DNA of 64,000 nt from Balanoglossus misakiensis (Eukaryota > Animalia > Hemichordata), in NCBI GenBank assembly GCA_040954595.2, contig CM082578.2, positions 6,433,519 to 6,497,518 on the forward strand. The letters are read 5' to 3'. This document shows, in pieces, positions 51,273 to 63,797 of the stretch. Both the position numbers and the translations under genes were made by a program. The notes under the pieces are model-generated. The model worked only from the letters and a program-made list of their open reading frames with translations, did not search any database and had not been told where the DNA came from. Every line of letters begins with the position of its first letter. Positions within the stretch are counted from its first letter, which is position 1.

Positions 51273-52221
51273 AAGTCAGTGCTGTATAATTTCTATACTG
51301 GAGTGTTATTTCAATCAACAGTTACCATGGGTGGTGCATTTTCCTGATGAACGTGCTCCAACCAATAGATGAAACCAGGAATATGAACAATTTTTTTTGA
51401 TTAAAGCAGCCATAAAGACACACATATTCCATTGTACATGCTCATCCACGCATGCTTAGTATTTTTGTCACATGAATTCTTCTGTTTCTTTTTAACATGG
51501 AACACTGCAGTAGTCTGCATGTGCTATTTTATTTCACAGTAGGCTAATCAAGTTGGTGCTTTATGGATACTTCTTCACATGCCCTTAAATCCTAAACTTT
51601 TAATTAAAGTGCCTGTAACTATGGGTATATGCTTTATGACCAAAGTTGCTATATACCATCATGTATACTAATAGACAATCTGAGATAGGGAGCATAGTAA
51701 TCCAGAACCATTTATTTACCTCCATTAGTTTGTCAAGTTGCCAGCTGCAGAAGGACTTTGATGGACTTGAAATAATCATTCAATACTTTTCGTTGTCATA
51801 TTTGCCATGCATGATCTGTCAAACATAGCAGGTTGTGTTTTAACCAGAAAATATATTTACTATAACTCATTTAAAGGCCATAGACATCTCATCATTTTTT
51901 CTCATTTGATATATGTAATATATACCAGTGATCGCTATTGAGATCAATTGGCATCCATTGCCCATATGTAACATACATATTGAATCTAGAATTAGCCATA
52001 TACTTACCAGACATTTCACGTGTATGAATATAGTGTTTTATCCTGTTACCTGTATTGTAAATATTATGTTCCCTTTTATACACATCTCATCAAATTTTGT
52101 TTTTAAAACTGCATTTTTATCTAGCAGAATGTTTTTAATTTCATAAATTTTTTGATGTCGAACACTTGGATAATATTCCATGTCTTTTTATGTCAGATAT
52201 TCCTATGGAAAGTTGCGGTTT

Positions 52222-52440
52222 CTAGTCCCCACTTCAGGATGAAGCCTGGAATGGGGACTTACAAATTGGGCTCCGTTCGTTCGTCCATCCGTCCGTTTGT
52301 GCATGCATCAATCCACAGCTGTTACTCGGACATACTTTGAATGATTTTATTCAAACTGGTATATGGATTGTGGCATAATCCATTGCCATGTTTTTTTATG
52401 GCATGATCCAATATGAGCACTGGGCAGCCATTTTTCAGCT
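52222..52440 (+). mobile_element. Helentron/HINE (DINE-1-like) non-autonomous fragment in the probable 3'UTR
   Basis: Short inverted repeat AGTCCCCA...TGGGGACT followed by a (CCGT/TCGT)-type microsatellite and GATTTTATTCAAACT, the usual HINE layout. Confidence 0.5.
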
Positions 52441-53879
52441 ATCAGTTGGCATTTTTTATATGTATCACGAGAGCTTATGGGGTTAGTCAGCCTCTTCTGT
52501 ATACGTACCTGTGTACTGGTATATGTATGTATGTGCCAAAGTTATGTAGAAAATGTCAATAATGTATTTGCTGGGCAATTTTTGTTATTTATTTGTAAAA
52601 AAATCCATGCGTATTTATCTGTTTACTTTGCATTTTGGTGTGTACAGCGATGTAAATATGCATGTCAATTTATGTCATAATACAATCCAATATTTTGTTA
52701 TAATTTTTCAAGACTCAACCCGATACAATGTCATTCAATACAAATACAAATACAAACTTGTTTTCCTACCTATTAATACAATGGGGAGTTTATCATTAAC
52801 AATTTGTTAATAATGGTTTATTGTTTCGAGTAGGCTAGTAGAAGGGAACCTGCCATTACTTGTGAACTTAAATTCATAAAGGGGAATGTCGTCTGACCTG
52901 CACATGTGTGACATTTTTGTTTATAAGAACACACTCTGTTCCAGTTGTTCAGGGAGACCCTGCAGACCAATAAATGAGGGCTTGGTTAAAAAGCATGATA
53001 CAAATATTGTTTATTTTTGTGTGTACATTTTATGTTATATATGTGTTAATATGCGCTGTTTACTTTTGTAATAAGTTAATTTTTCACAATAATGTTTATA
53101 TTAAATGTTATATATAGCAATAAATTTTTATCATTATTACATTCTTTGTATAGTCTGAATGAGGACTTGCAGGGACAAAGTCACTAACTCATGAAATTAT
53201 TTTGTTTATTTTGGTTTCATTCGATGGACTATTGATGTTGTTGTACTCACTGAAAGATGTGACATGGCTAGTTGTTACAACTCAATTAATGCCGTGTACA
53301 TGGGTAAAACATTACGTCTGCAGTATAGTTTTCGGTATTCATGTGTAATGTCCATGTATGGGTTGGGAATTGAGCTTTGACAACTGGCTAATGAGCATGA
53401 TTCAGTGAGTAGAACAGCCTAAAAAGCCTATCAAAAGAATCTAAAGTAACTAAAATATGTCAGAAGTTACTGTCTTTTTCACTGTAAATATGTGACATAA
53501 TTGTTGGAATAGATGTTTATACAGTACACTGGAGTTTGAGCTGAGTATCCATTATTAAACTGCAGAGAATTTAACAACTAAATGTTCTACAACTAGCTCG
53601 GCCAATCCATATCCAACGCACACAAACAGTACCACATAATCACATCATGCATGAGATGATGTCACAGTCTAGAAAATCCACTGACCACCCTTGGGATCCA
53701 GCTACAGAAATGACACATTGTACTCTTAATATAACACCCCCCCCCTCCCAATTTGGACAAAATACGGGGTCAACCGTAGTATATCTGACACAGTCTACAA
53801 TCCCTGAAAATAAAAAAAATATGCCAAAGAAAGTAAATTATACGGAAAGTGCTGTCTTTTACCCAAAGAATACCAAATG

Positions 53880-53956
53880 AGCATGCGCAAAGTCGTCCGC
53901 CATTTTATTGAACCAAATGCGCAAGACCGAAAGTAGATCCGTCCAGCGAGGTAAGT
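53880..53956 (+). promoter_or_regulatory. Promoter-like segment with NRF1 (GCATGCGCA) and YY1 (CCGCCATTTT) motifs and a splice donor GAG/GTAAGT at 53951
   Basis: Motifs directly visible where CpGs reappear after the NLR gene body. Confidence 0.45.
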
Positions 53957-54038
53957 GGAGGTACCGGCCAGGCTCCTTAGGTAGGTTAATAATAGCATGC
54001 TTAAAGTTTTTATTATCCAGTTGCAGCTCATGGGATTT

Positions 54039-54335
54039 GACTAAAACCGTTACACAACCAAGGCAATGGGGTGACTAATACCGTTACACAACTAAGGCAA
54101 TGGGGTGACTAATACCGTTACACAACCAGGCAATGGGGTGACTAATACCGTTACTCCAACAAGGCAATGGGGTGACTAATACTGTTACACAACCAAGGCA
54201 ACGTGGTGACTAATACCGTTACACAACTAAGGCAACGTGGTGACTAATACCGTTACTCCAACAAGGCAATGGGGTGACTAATACCGTTACTCCAACAAGG
54301 CAATGGGGTGACTAATACCGTTACACAACTAAGGC
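54039..54335. repeat. 33-34-bp minisatellite, about 9 units (TGACTAATACCGTTACACAACTAAGGCAATGGGG)
   Basis: Head-to-tail units with no unique spacers. Confidence 0.95.
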
Positions 54336-54339
54336 GAGC

Positions 54340-54525
54340 ACTGAACACGCAGGGATCCATACAAGCAGAAGACATTTTGTTTTCAGTGAATGTGGGAAAG
54401 CTTTTACACTAAATGGAAATTTGGAGAATCACATGAGCATCCATTCAACTAAAAGACCAAATTTATGCAATAGATGTTGGAAAATGTTTACTCAGAGTGG
54501 AAATCTGGAGGCACACATGAAAGAC
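54340..54525 (+). pseudogene. Degenerate C2H2 (Kruppel-type) zinc-finger array remnant
   Basis: Reads TEHAGIHTSRRHFVFSECGKAFTLNGNLENHMSIHSTKRPNLCNRCWKMFTQSGNLEAHMKD. First Cys of one finger is Phe, last His of the next is lost, linkers are TGEKP-like. Confidence 0.75.
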
Positions 54526-54810
54526 TATATTTATGCAGTGACAATTTACAGGACCACAAATGATATTGTTTTGGCAACTTATCTATCTGAAAAGATATTC
54601 TGTTTCCAAAACTTATATCATTCTACCGTCCGCCATTCTGATTGGATGAGAGCGATGGTAAAATACTGCTTTACCACTGCTGGCAGTAGTAAAACGGGCC
54701 CTTGAACTAGCATGCAGCAGGGAAAATGTTAAACCACAGTCGCGTGGGATTAAACCAAACAAATAACATAAAAACACTTGAATTTACGGACGTTTTATTT
54801 CTCCATTTAA

Positions 54811-55152
54811 AGGGACAAAGTCTCTCTCTCACTGCCCTTTTTCCATTAATGTTTGATACAAGACACCGTTTGTTATTCTACATGTGGATATATAGTGAAT
54901 CAACGTTCAACCACACACAACTTCCATCCCGCTTGTAGACACGAGAGTGAAAAAAATCACCAAAATGAATAATCGGTCTCTACCATTTATTCATTTTGGG
55001 CGAGTTTTTAGTCTCATATCATACAAGTGGGATGGAAGGTATGTGTGGTTGAACGTTCATTCACTACATATCCACATGTACATTAACATAAACAGTGTCC
55101 TGAATCAAACATCATTAATGGAAAAGGGCAGCGAGAGAGAGACTTTGTCCCT
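54811..55152. mobile_element. Kolobok-like fold-back MITE, full copy 3 (opposite orientation to 5742)
   Basis: TTAA-AGGGACAAAG...CTTTGTCCCT-TTAA. Confidence 0.85.
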
Positions 55153-55639
55153 TTAATTACATTTATGTTCGACTTATTTTCAGTCGTTTTGATTTTTCCT
55201 GCGAGTTTTCCCTAGTCTATGAGTAAGACGGTGTTTAAATCTTTATACACTTATTTTGAAATTAAAACTACCATTTTAGCTTTATCACTGCGCCAAAGGG
55301 TTCCTAAAAAGGGAAATACTGTGTCATATGTAGTCAAACACACACTGAATTCTTTATCAGGAGTCCTGCTATTTCGTGCGCAAGAATCTTGGAAGTTGTT
55401 TATTCGAACATTTTGGGGCAAATACTAGTAATAAGAGTTTTTTTTTATAATTTTAAGCAGAGCAATGTTACAAGGTACAATTCACAGAGAAGATGCATTG
55501 AGAGAGAGAGTGATGAGATTATTCATAGTACCGTATTGTCATATACTGTTTTCTTTCTTTTTCCTTTACCTCACAAGTCTAATCCCCTAAAAATGTTGGT
55601 ACATAGGTATCCATTGGATCTGAAAAATACTAATTTACA

Positions 55640-55805
55640 TTTGGCAAATTAAAACAATGCTGCGGGCAGCCCGAACTAAACAAACAGCAGGAAGCTACAG
55701 GTAAATGGGCAATTCTGCCGTGTGTTGTATCAAAATTCTCAAACGAGCCGGTTCCTTTTCCCATATTGTCATCAAGACGACATATGCGCATGTAATAAAA
55801 TATCA
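55640..55805 (-). repeat. Inverted copy of the 32250-32415 repeat
   Basis: High identity over about 160 bp. Confidence 0.85.
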
Positions 55806-57379
55806 ACAGAAATAAAGACATTAGATCAGACTGTTTTTGTTTCTACCGCACCATTTTACTCTACCTATATCGGTTGGCGGTCTCATGATTCTGTCAGATA
55901 ATAAGTGTATAATTAAACATCTCCCAAGATTTATCAAATTAATGCTTTGCCAAGCAGCCTCAACTGCGAAGGCTCCAATAAAACTAATAGTTTTGTTCGT
56001 CCGCATTGTATGTATGCAGCAAACGTGATTTGAATGCACATGACTGTATTTCGTCTTGAGATATAATCGATGCCAGCCAGCCGGGCGGACACATGATATG
56101 AATAACACGGGGAAAGATCAGTGTACGACATTACCATCTGGGTATACGTGAGCTACAACACTTGTAAAATAAACCCGACACGACTTGGAAGCGCATCCAG
56201 GGTTATTCTGGAAACCATGCACTGTACATTCGCATTGGTCATCCCAATATATTATCAAGTCGATGTGACACAGTGTGGATATTTAGTTACCTATTTTGCA
56301 GACGTTTATCCCCGCTCAAACGAATTACCCGCAGAAATTTTGGTAAGGAAGGTTTGAGAAGTCCATTCTATGTAAAATATTGTGCTGATTCCAAAAAGCA
56401 GTCTTATTGACCCCACACACGACAAAATCAGCACCAATTTTTACATAGAATGGACTTTCCACACATCACATGATCTCCGAACTTATGAGGAAAATTTGTT
56501 TCATTTTTTTGTAAAAATGATCTTTTTGACCCCAAAAAGTGGCATAATGACATTTTTTGTATTGATTGGAGTCAATAAGACCGCTTTATTTCTAATAGTC
56601 ACCCATTCAAACATAGAATTGACTTTCCATATATCATCAGATCACTGAATATGAAGAAAACAGTTTGTTTTAAATTGTGTCTAAAATGACCTTTTCGGAG
56701 CAAACCCTTCTTACCAAAAATTCTGATCAAAGGCACTAATCTCCTGGAATAAATGGAAAATTCGTCTAACACAATCCAGTTCAGTTTCGTCTTACTTAAA
56801 TAATCTAGCGGAAGATTATATGCTGTATGTGTTTCTTAGAGCAAATACAAGCCTACAAAACTTGGGCCTTACTCGTATGTGGTCCATAAAAGAAGACTGA
56901 TACCGAAACCTGCCAACTTCAGCCTATCAGATTGTCCGACGCTCCGGGCCAACGCTGACGTCAATGCACACACTGGACAGTAAATCGTGATCTTACACAA
57001 TGTAGACTACTGCCAATGAAGCCGGTTTTATATAACGAGGCAGGGAAGCAGATGACGGCGACTGCGGTTAACGGTACTCTTAGCCTACCAGTTGACCCTA
57101 ATTCTCCAAGACAAAATTCACCCTTTCTGTATATGTAGTCTGAAAACACGCTTTGAACTACTGAGTTAAGAAAAAATGAAAACAAATCAATACATATAAG
57201 TTTCCGTGTACGAATAAGTGTCTATTTCATAATCGATTCTGGCTCGTCCTGAAATATTTACCACAAATGCTTCGGGACGATAACGTGGGAGTCGTTATAT
57301 TCACCCTCAAAGATTCCCGAATAAAAGTAATAGCTTGGGATCCAGTGACGAACGAACGTCTTGAATGAAAGAAGCGATC

Positions 57380-57900
57380 GTTGCCAGGAGACGGGGGGTT
57401 TGATATACAATCAGGCGACAGTGTGTTCACTGACACAGTTGTATCCAATGGCGCTATCAAAATACTACAAATTACGATGTTTCGACAGCCCAGCGTTTTA
57501 CTTCCCCGCGGTCTCGTAGTTGTTTACGCCGAAATTGCACCAACTGTAGTTAACGCCTTGGTTTACTTCCTATAATAATAGTACAATGTGTTCTCTTTCA
57601 GAAAATTTTTACTCTTCTTCTGTGCATGCAGATATAATCACAATCTTGCAAATAAGTATTTAGCAACATAATAGAAATCATGGTACATTACACAAACTGA
57701 CATGAAAGTCGTTATTTACACACACAATGTTATGTATATAAATTGAATTATTATGTGATCAATGCGGCACCCAAATTCATGATGCAAGATGCAAGCAGTC
57801 AGTGTGCAGGCCGGATTACGATCGTCATTACAACAATTCGGTCCAAAGGCAGTTGCAATCAAAAGACTCTTTGTCTTGTTAGCATTCAGAAGAAACATAT
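57380..57900 (-). mobile_element. Possible highly decayed CR1/L2-type LINE fragments
   Basis: LNANKTKSLLI (LN..KTK motif of the RT C-terminal part) near 57890; PRGSKTL...APL..SEH (PTRG..LD..PLG.SDH-like endonuclease end) near 57430-57510. Order is not canonical, so probably two pieces. Confidence 0.3.
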
Positions 57901-58445
57901 AATTGTACCCTTAATCTGATTCGCAATTGGTTGTGCTACGTGCCAGGAAAGTTTTATCACGAGTACAGGTGGCTCTAACAGATGGTGACACATTCTGACT
58001 ACAACAAGTGTACACGTATACGTTTGATGTGCAACCCTGCAGCTTGCGATCCACCTGACCGTAAATCACTCATTTTTGCTCGCACTCATTTTACCACCGA
58101 AGAGTTTTTCGTCGACGTGGGATTCCAATAAGGGTGTTTTCCTTGGATAAGTGAAAACTCTGCATGAAATAGAACTATCCGTTGGCGATTGCTGTAGGCG
58201 CACCGGTACCACCGGCATCCCCCTCAGGAATTCCACATTTTTGGCTGTGACGGAATTTCCATAAATCACCACGAACTATTCTTTCGATATTGTGTAACAG
58301 AGTTTAAATTTTTTTGGAGAACATCGAAGGAAATTTCTTAGTCCGTGGCCCAGATGGATGCGTGGAGATTGCTTACGGATGGGTTGATACAAACTTTAGA
58401 AAAGGACAAACTTCATGTAAGAAAAATTTTTAAAATTGAGAATAA

Positions 58446-58754
58446 TTAAGGTAGCATGTGCCTCGAAAATCAGAATCTTAAAATAATGCCAAAAGTTACA
58501 GCTTAGGCCTTTAATATTTGTTTTCTAGTTGTCTAAAAATGTCTCAAATTTAAAATTCAAAATGGCCGCCAATATTTGATATTAACTCTATGGGGAAAAT
58601 TTCAAGTAGTGATCTTTTACGAAGACGGTGAGCCTGGTTTTTCCTCTTTGGTGTCAAAGCGACTCCTAACACACTTTAATATAGCAAAGGCTTGAAAGGT
58701 TATGGGAACAATCCTTTTTCTGAGAATCTATCAATGAGACGCGAATTACCCTAA
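58446..58754. mobile_element. Non-autonomous DNA element with imperfect TIRs TTAAGGTAGCATGTGCCTC / GAGACGCGAATTACCCTAA
   Basis: Imperfect TIRs; internal sequence shared with 23544-23784. Confidence 0.55.
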
Positions 58755-58829
58755 TCACCAAACTATGAAACTGGTGTATGCTATTTATCCAGAAGAACCA
58801 AGGTTATCCAGGAAAAAATGGGCCAGGTT

Positions 58830-59095
58830 GACGAAGTGCATCTAAGTGCAGCTTTCGGCAAAAAATGTACGCTGGACTGGAGGAGCGCCCTTCAGCTCCG
58901 TAATCTATTTTTAAAATTGGTTTGCATCATTCGCTTAATAGGGTTCAGTGGGAAGGTGGCTACTCGTTATCGTGGAAGCCTGGGAGACCCAATATCCCCA
59001 ACAGCTTACCCCTCTGGCCTTTGGTATTCGCAATTTTCGTAAATAGCCTGACTTCAGTCTGTAAATATCCGCCGTGGTCGTTATCTCTGCAGACG
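58830..59095 (+). mobile_element. Decayed CR1/L2-type reverse transcriptase fragment
   Basis: Ordered remnants HLSAAF (DLSAAFD), NWFASF, NRVQWEG..S.SW, PLWPLVFAIFVNSL (LGPLLF.IF.N.L), SAD (YADD), with frameshifts. Confidence 0.55.
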
Positions 59096-59402
59096 AGGCT
59101 TAACATTTACGGAGCCGTATCAACAGCAACAACAAAAACCTAAAACTCGTCGTTGATCGGTCATCCCTTACTCACAAATGTCATTATTCACACCTGCGAT
59201 TTGAGTTAATATAGCTTGGGGTTTAGTGTAAACAGTTCTCGCTAGCAACCTCTTTTTTCCCTTTGCACGATCTTTAACATTTCAACAAAAGCTTACTTAT
59301 GTGCTCTCTATAGGTTTCATTTCAAGCCCTCAAAGAGCTGCCACCTTTAACATATCGAGAGGAATTCGAAAAAGTAAAAAAACAAGTTGGATTTTCTTTC
59401 AT

Positions 59403-59446
59403 TGGATGGATGGATGGATGGATGGATGGATGGATGGATGGATGGA
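59403..59446. repeat. (TGGA)11 microsatellite
   Basis: Directly visible. Confidence 0.95.
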
Positions 59447-60224
59447 TTTTAGTTTCATACAAAACTTGACTTGTATTACTTGGCTAGCAACCCGTTGCTA
59501 CGGTGATCAACCAAGTCTCGCGAGACTTCGCAATATGCAGAAACTCGTCTAATTGGCTCTGCGCGGCCATGGAGGTCATGTACTTTTACTTTGATGACAT
59601 CGTATAGGAACCACTCCCGAACAACACATGGCCGATGAGGCGATATGGCTCGTGGAGAACACCGACACGATGTCAGCGTAAATTAAAGTTACAGTCGACG
59701 TTCCAATTTTCGCGGCAAAGGACTTTTTAACATCAAATGATGGTGCGACTGCTGCCAGGCACATGAATTATGAAATCATGGCACAGAAACTCCTTTGGTT
59801 AATTACAAGATAAGAGGAGGCATCAAGGAGATACGGTGTGACCTTTAAGACTATTGGTTACCCAAAGCACGGTATGCCTCCGGTAACCGTATTTTAAGCC
59901 AATCACCACGACTTTATCAAATTGAGGTCAAACTCCGACATTCACTCTGTTCAGTTGCTTTTAAAGCTCCAAGAGCTATCACTTTTACCATAATTTTTAA
60001 TCGATAAAATATTTCAATAATTTTCTCCTTTTTCTTAGTTCTCAAATGGCACTATTTTGACTTTTGGGTATTTTAATTACCCATGGGCGCATACCACGTA
60101 CTCTTACAATGGGCAGTTGAATAAACGGGTGCGGCACCAATTTATTATCTAACGGGGCTAGGAAGCAGAGGAGTCTGGGTAACCGAGACTATGGACGGGG
60201 CTAAATATAATCAAACATTCCTGG

Positions 60225-60241
60225 TGGCCACTAGGCGGCGC
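60225..60241 (+). promoter_or_regulatory. CTCF-like motif TGGCCACTAGGCGGCGC
   Basis: One mismatch to the CCASYAGRKGGCRS core. Confidence 0.45.
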
Positions 60242-60275
60242 GCCCCCGACTCAAAATGACTCAAACATCACGCGG

Positions 60276-60344
60276 CACAAACCACAGACAGTCCCTCTGT
60301 GGAGGGACTGTGCACAAACCATAGACAGTAGTCTATGCACAAAC
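60276..60344. mobile_element. Two tiny CA...TG palindromic inserts between three copies of CACAAAC (P-superfamily-like footprints)
   Basis: CACAAAC + CACAGACAGTCCCTCTGTGGAGGGACTGTG + CACAAAC + CATAGACAGTAGTCTATG + CACAAAC. Confidence 0.65.
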
Positions 60345-62020
60345 TTAGCATTTAAAATTCATGTGTGACCGTTTAAAAGACTAAAAGGGTACGGTGTCCC
60401 CGGGTAACTTCTAAACAACAATATAAAAATTGTACTTTTTCCACACCACTCTCAAATTCAGCGAACAGAAACGTTTTACAGGTATAATATGACTTGCCGA
60501 CAAAGATGTTTTGCTTTTCTTGGGAAAAGGTATTTTATTTATCATATTTAAAAAGAAAAACACCGTACTGTCTAACCCATAAACAGGTGCCTCACGGGCT
60601 ACATGTATTGAAGTTGGCATATATGGTTTTCTTCACATTCAAATGTAAAGGCCAAGTGCGCCCGATTTAGTGGGCAACTTTCGCTGTACATGTACATTTC
60701 GGTGTTGTAAACACACGGTATGGGATTTAAGGACCTTAATATTTCTCGTGTGTGACAGACACCCACGTACATGTACCACCTGATAATATATACAGCGTGA
60801 CTCAACGCTGAAGAGGCCGTGCAGCTACGTGGAGACAGGTGAGTGCCACTTCTGAACAGATACGGGTAGACACTTTGCAAAGGTGGGCCATGCAATTGAA
60901 AGCTTGAGGGGTCTATAAGTCATTGGCTATGGAATGACTCCCCCAGCTCTTTTGATGAACGAGGAAACACTTGCCCATGTTTGGCAAACCAAGAAAGAGT
61001 GACGGACGTTCGGTCGGTATTAACTTTTTTATTCTCTCTAAAATCCTCCAACCCGCTCCCGACCGGATATCAAATCGTCCGCCCCGTTGCCCAGGCACGA
61101 GCACGCCAACAGGTAGCATATGGCATACCCTTGTATTTTCACGGACGTTGCGGTCATGGCCAACTGTCGGTCACTGAACCTTCCTAACGAGGATATTCGC
61201 CAAAAATGGCAGCGTCGCCTCCCAAAGCATGCGGCGTGGTCAGACATACGCATACGATACGCTCTACCAATAACTAAGCAATACGGCGTCGTTTATTAAG
61301 CTGAAGCCTTGCTCGCCGAAGTTATTCTAACGGACGCACTTCTTGAGGTGGGCACTTGACTAGACAATAGACCTTTAGGCTTTTTATTGTAGACACTTAA
61401 CACACAATAGGTCTCTTACCCTTCAGTGTGTCTTGCTGTAACAAAATGGCACACGCGGGAATGATCGAACGTTAGGCCTATTGCTAGTGGAACCGGGGAC
61501 TTTTTCAATTCGCTGATATTGTGAAATAGTACAGAGAGCCAAAGCTCATGTTTGCCCCGGATTGTTTGCTTACTTGCCAAAGTACCGTTGGCCTATATAC
61601 ATTGTAGATCTGTCAGTATGTGTGTTGTAGAGTTGGTACGCACTGGATATGAAATTGTTTAAACAATTGGAACCGTTTTTTTTTTAAATATGATTATAAG
61701 ATATACAGAAATATCGTACAAATCGACAGAGTTCTATGAAACTACGTTGATAATTTTTGCAAAATGCTTGTGATACAATGTTGCCTTGAGCAAAGCCTCC
61801 AAAGAAAACATTGGGAACGGAAAAGGTTACTTTTGAACGTCAAAAAGCAAGGAAATTGACTAACTTTCTTCCTCCTGTAGCTTGTGAGACTTTGATTTTC
61901 GAGGCGCATAAAGGCACGGCTGTGCCTCTGTTAATTTACCTGAATTTACAGATAAATTAAATAACGCCCAAATTGTGCTTTTCCCCGCTTAGTGTGCAGA
62001 GAGCGAAGCAGTTTGAAAGA

Positions 62021-62146
62021 ATGGCCGGCCGGTTTCATTGCAAACTTGAAGTCTTTCTTTGCTTGACTATTTCGTGTGCAGTTATCATTCTTCTTATGGT
62101 GTTTCCAGGACTTCCTAATGTCACGCAACACGTGTCGCCAAAACAG
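62021..62146 (+). CDS. O-fucosyltransferase-like gene, coding exon 1 (type II signal anchor MAGRFHCKLEVFLCLTISCAVIILLMVFPGL...)
   Basis: ATG 62021, hydrophobic anchor after a short basic N-terminus, phase-0 donor CAG/GTAAGA at 62147; upstream acceptor TTTACAG at 61951. Confidence 0.75.
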
Positions 62147-62249
62147 GTAAGAATACATGTGTATACTTTGACGTAGGCTTACTGACGCCCTTTTGACAGT
62201 TCGTTAATACTAAAAAGGCTATATAAAAGTTGTAAAATATGTAAACGAA

Positions 62250-62460
62250 TTAGTGTATGAATGCTTTCATAAAAAGATGGGTTTTAAGTTGGGATTTAAA
62301 AGAAGACAGGGAAGGTGCATTTCTAATTGAAGCGTCAAGGGAATTCCATAGCCTGGGATAATGGGGAACGCGCCAAAAATTTGATAGAGAAACCTTGGAG
62401 GTGAAAGGATAGTGTCCCAGATCCTAACAAATTCAAAAACACAAGACGATATACACACTT
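62250..62460 (-). mobile_element. L2/CR1-clade LINE ORF2 C-terminal fragment in the intron
   Basis: Minus strand reads ...PPR..FGAF.. then PRLWNSLDASIRNAPSLSSFKSQLKTHLFMKAFIH-stop, the typical L2 ORF2 tail. Confidence 0.8.
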
Positions 62461-62475
62461 TGAACTCTCCTTATA

Positions 62476-62517
62476 CCACCACCACCACCACCACCACCAC
62501 CACCACCACCACCACCA
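62476..62517. repeat. (CCA)14 microsatellite
   Basis: Directly visible. Confidence 0.95.
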
Positions 62518-62627
62518 TTTGACTGTAAACAAAGGTATTAATCCCGGGGAAGTTAACCCAGTCTCTGTTACTTCACGAACTTCGCATCCGTCCCGATGTT
62601 GTGATCTTAATGATTCAAATATTACAG

Positions 62628-63370
62628 ACAGCAAAGACGGACACAAACCCGTCGTCACAGAGCCGTGGCAGGGACGTTAAAGAATCTGACCTGATGACGT
62701 CACCGCCGACAATTCATGGTCACTTCGACGGTCAAAGATATCTGTTGCCTTTGATTGAGTACGACTGGAACGGGCCGGGATGGTGGATGAATCAGATGAG
62801 ACACGCGATAGTATTAGCCATTCACTTCAACAGAACTATCGTGACGGTGCCACTCAAGACACATCACAGGGACGAGCCGCGTAACCAGTTGGTGCCGTTC
62901 TCTTCCACATTCGATGAGCACGCTTTGAATCAAGTACTGCCCGTTGTCACATTAGACCGATTCAAACAGTTATGTGGAAACCGCATATCCGAGGAGGGTC
63001 TCATAGTCGATCCGTTTCGGCACAGGGACCTGGCTAAATCGAAGGGGGGATTTCTCGGCGTGTACAAGTGGTCTCGTCACTTCTACGAGAAGAATCTCGG
63101 AATCCTGCTGCCGGAAGCGAGCAGCATCCCGAAATCTGAGAGCGAGTACAGGGAACGTCTGGAATCTCTGAAGAGCGGGCGTTGCGTCGCTGTATATCAC
63201 CCAAACAGGGCCAAGATTGAAATCCCAGACAATCAAACTCTCCACAACCAAGCTGCTCTGGGGCTCCCCAAAGCTCCGTACATCCGGGAACTTGTAGACA
63301 GACTGGAGGAACATATGTGCGGAGGAGAACCATTTCTTGTGGTACACTGGCGAAACAAGACAGGAGAAAG
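62628..63370 (+). CDS. O-fucosyltransferase-like gene, coding exon 2 (O-FucT-like GT-B domain)
   Basis: ATTACAG acceptor in phase 0. RYLLP..GP...NQ..HAIVLA..FNRTIV.VP, F..TFD...L, PYIRELVD...GEPFLVVHWR resemble POFUT/O-FucT family motifs. Phase-2 donor AG/GTTGGG. Confidence 0.8.
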
Positions 63371-63797
63371 GTTGGGAAAACGCCATGTATTTTCCAACGT
63401 CCTCGTTTACTGCAAATTCTTACATTAAAAGTAATTTCGTCAAAAATAAGGTATCCGTTTACCTTAAAAGTTCCTTAAGACGTGGAACTAAATGCACATC
63501 TTATTTTCAGGGTCTCGCATTTTCAAAGGACAAGATTTACTTGCGACCCACCCCACCCTGGCCCGACCCATTATGTCCAAAAAAACGCCCTCTATCGTGC
63601 GATTGCATTTTAGGTCGTGTCCCATAATTATCCCAATATCTATACCCATTTTGTTGGACTTTTATATCGTTAGGCATTAATATCTGATATACAGTCCCGT
63701 TGTTTACATCCCAAAAAACTTTTATTCATTACATTATATGTGCATGGTTCACCACTCCATATCCACGACCGTTTGGTGTTATGTTTTCTCTATACAG

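Noticed and set aside
54039-54335. CRISPR-like look of the 34-bp repeats
   Set aside because: Units are head-to-tail without unique spacers, there are no cas genes and the context is eukaryotic; it is a minisatellite.
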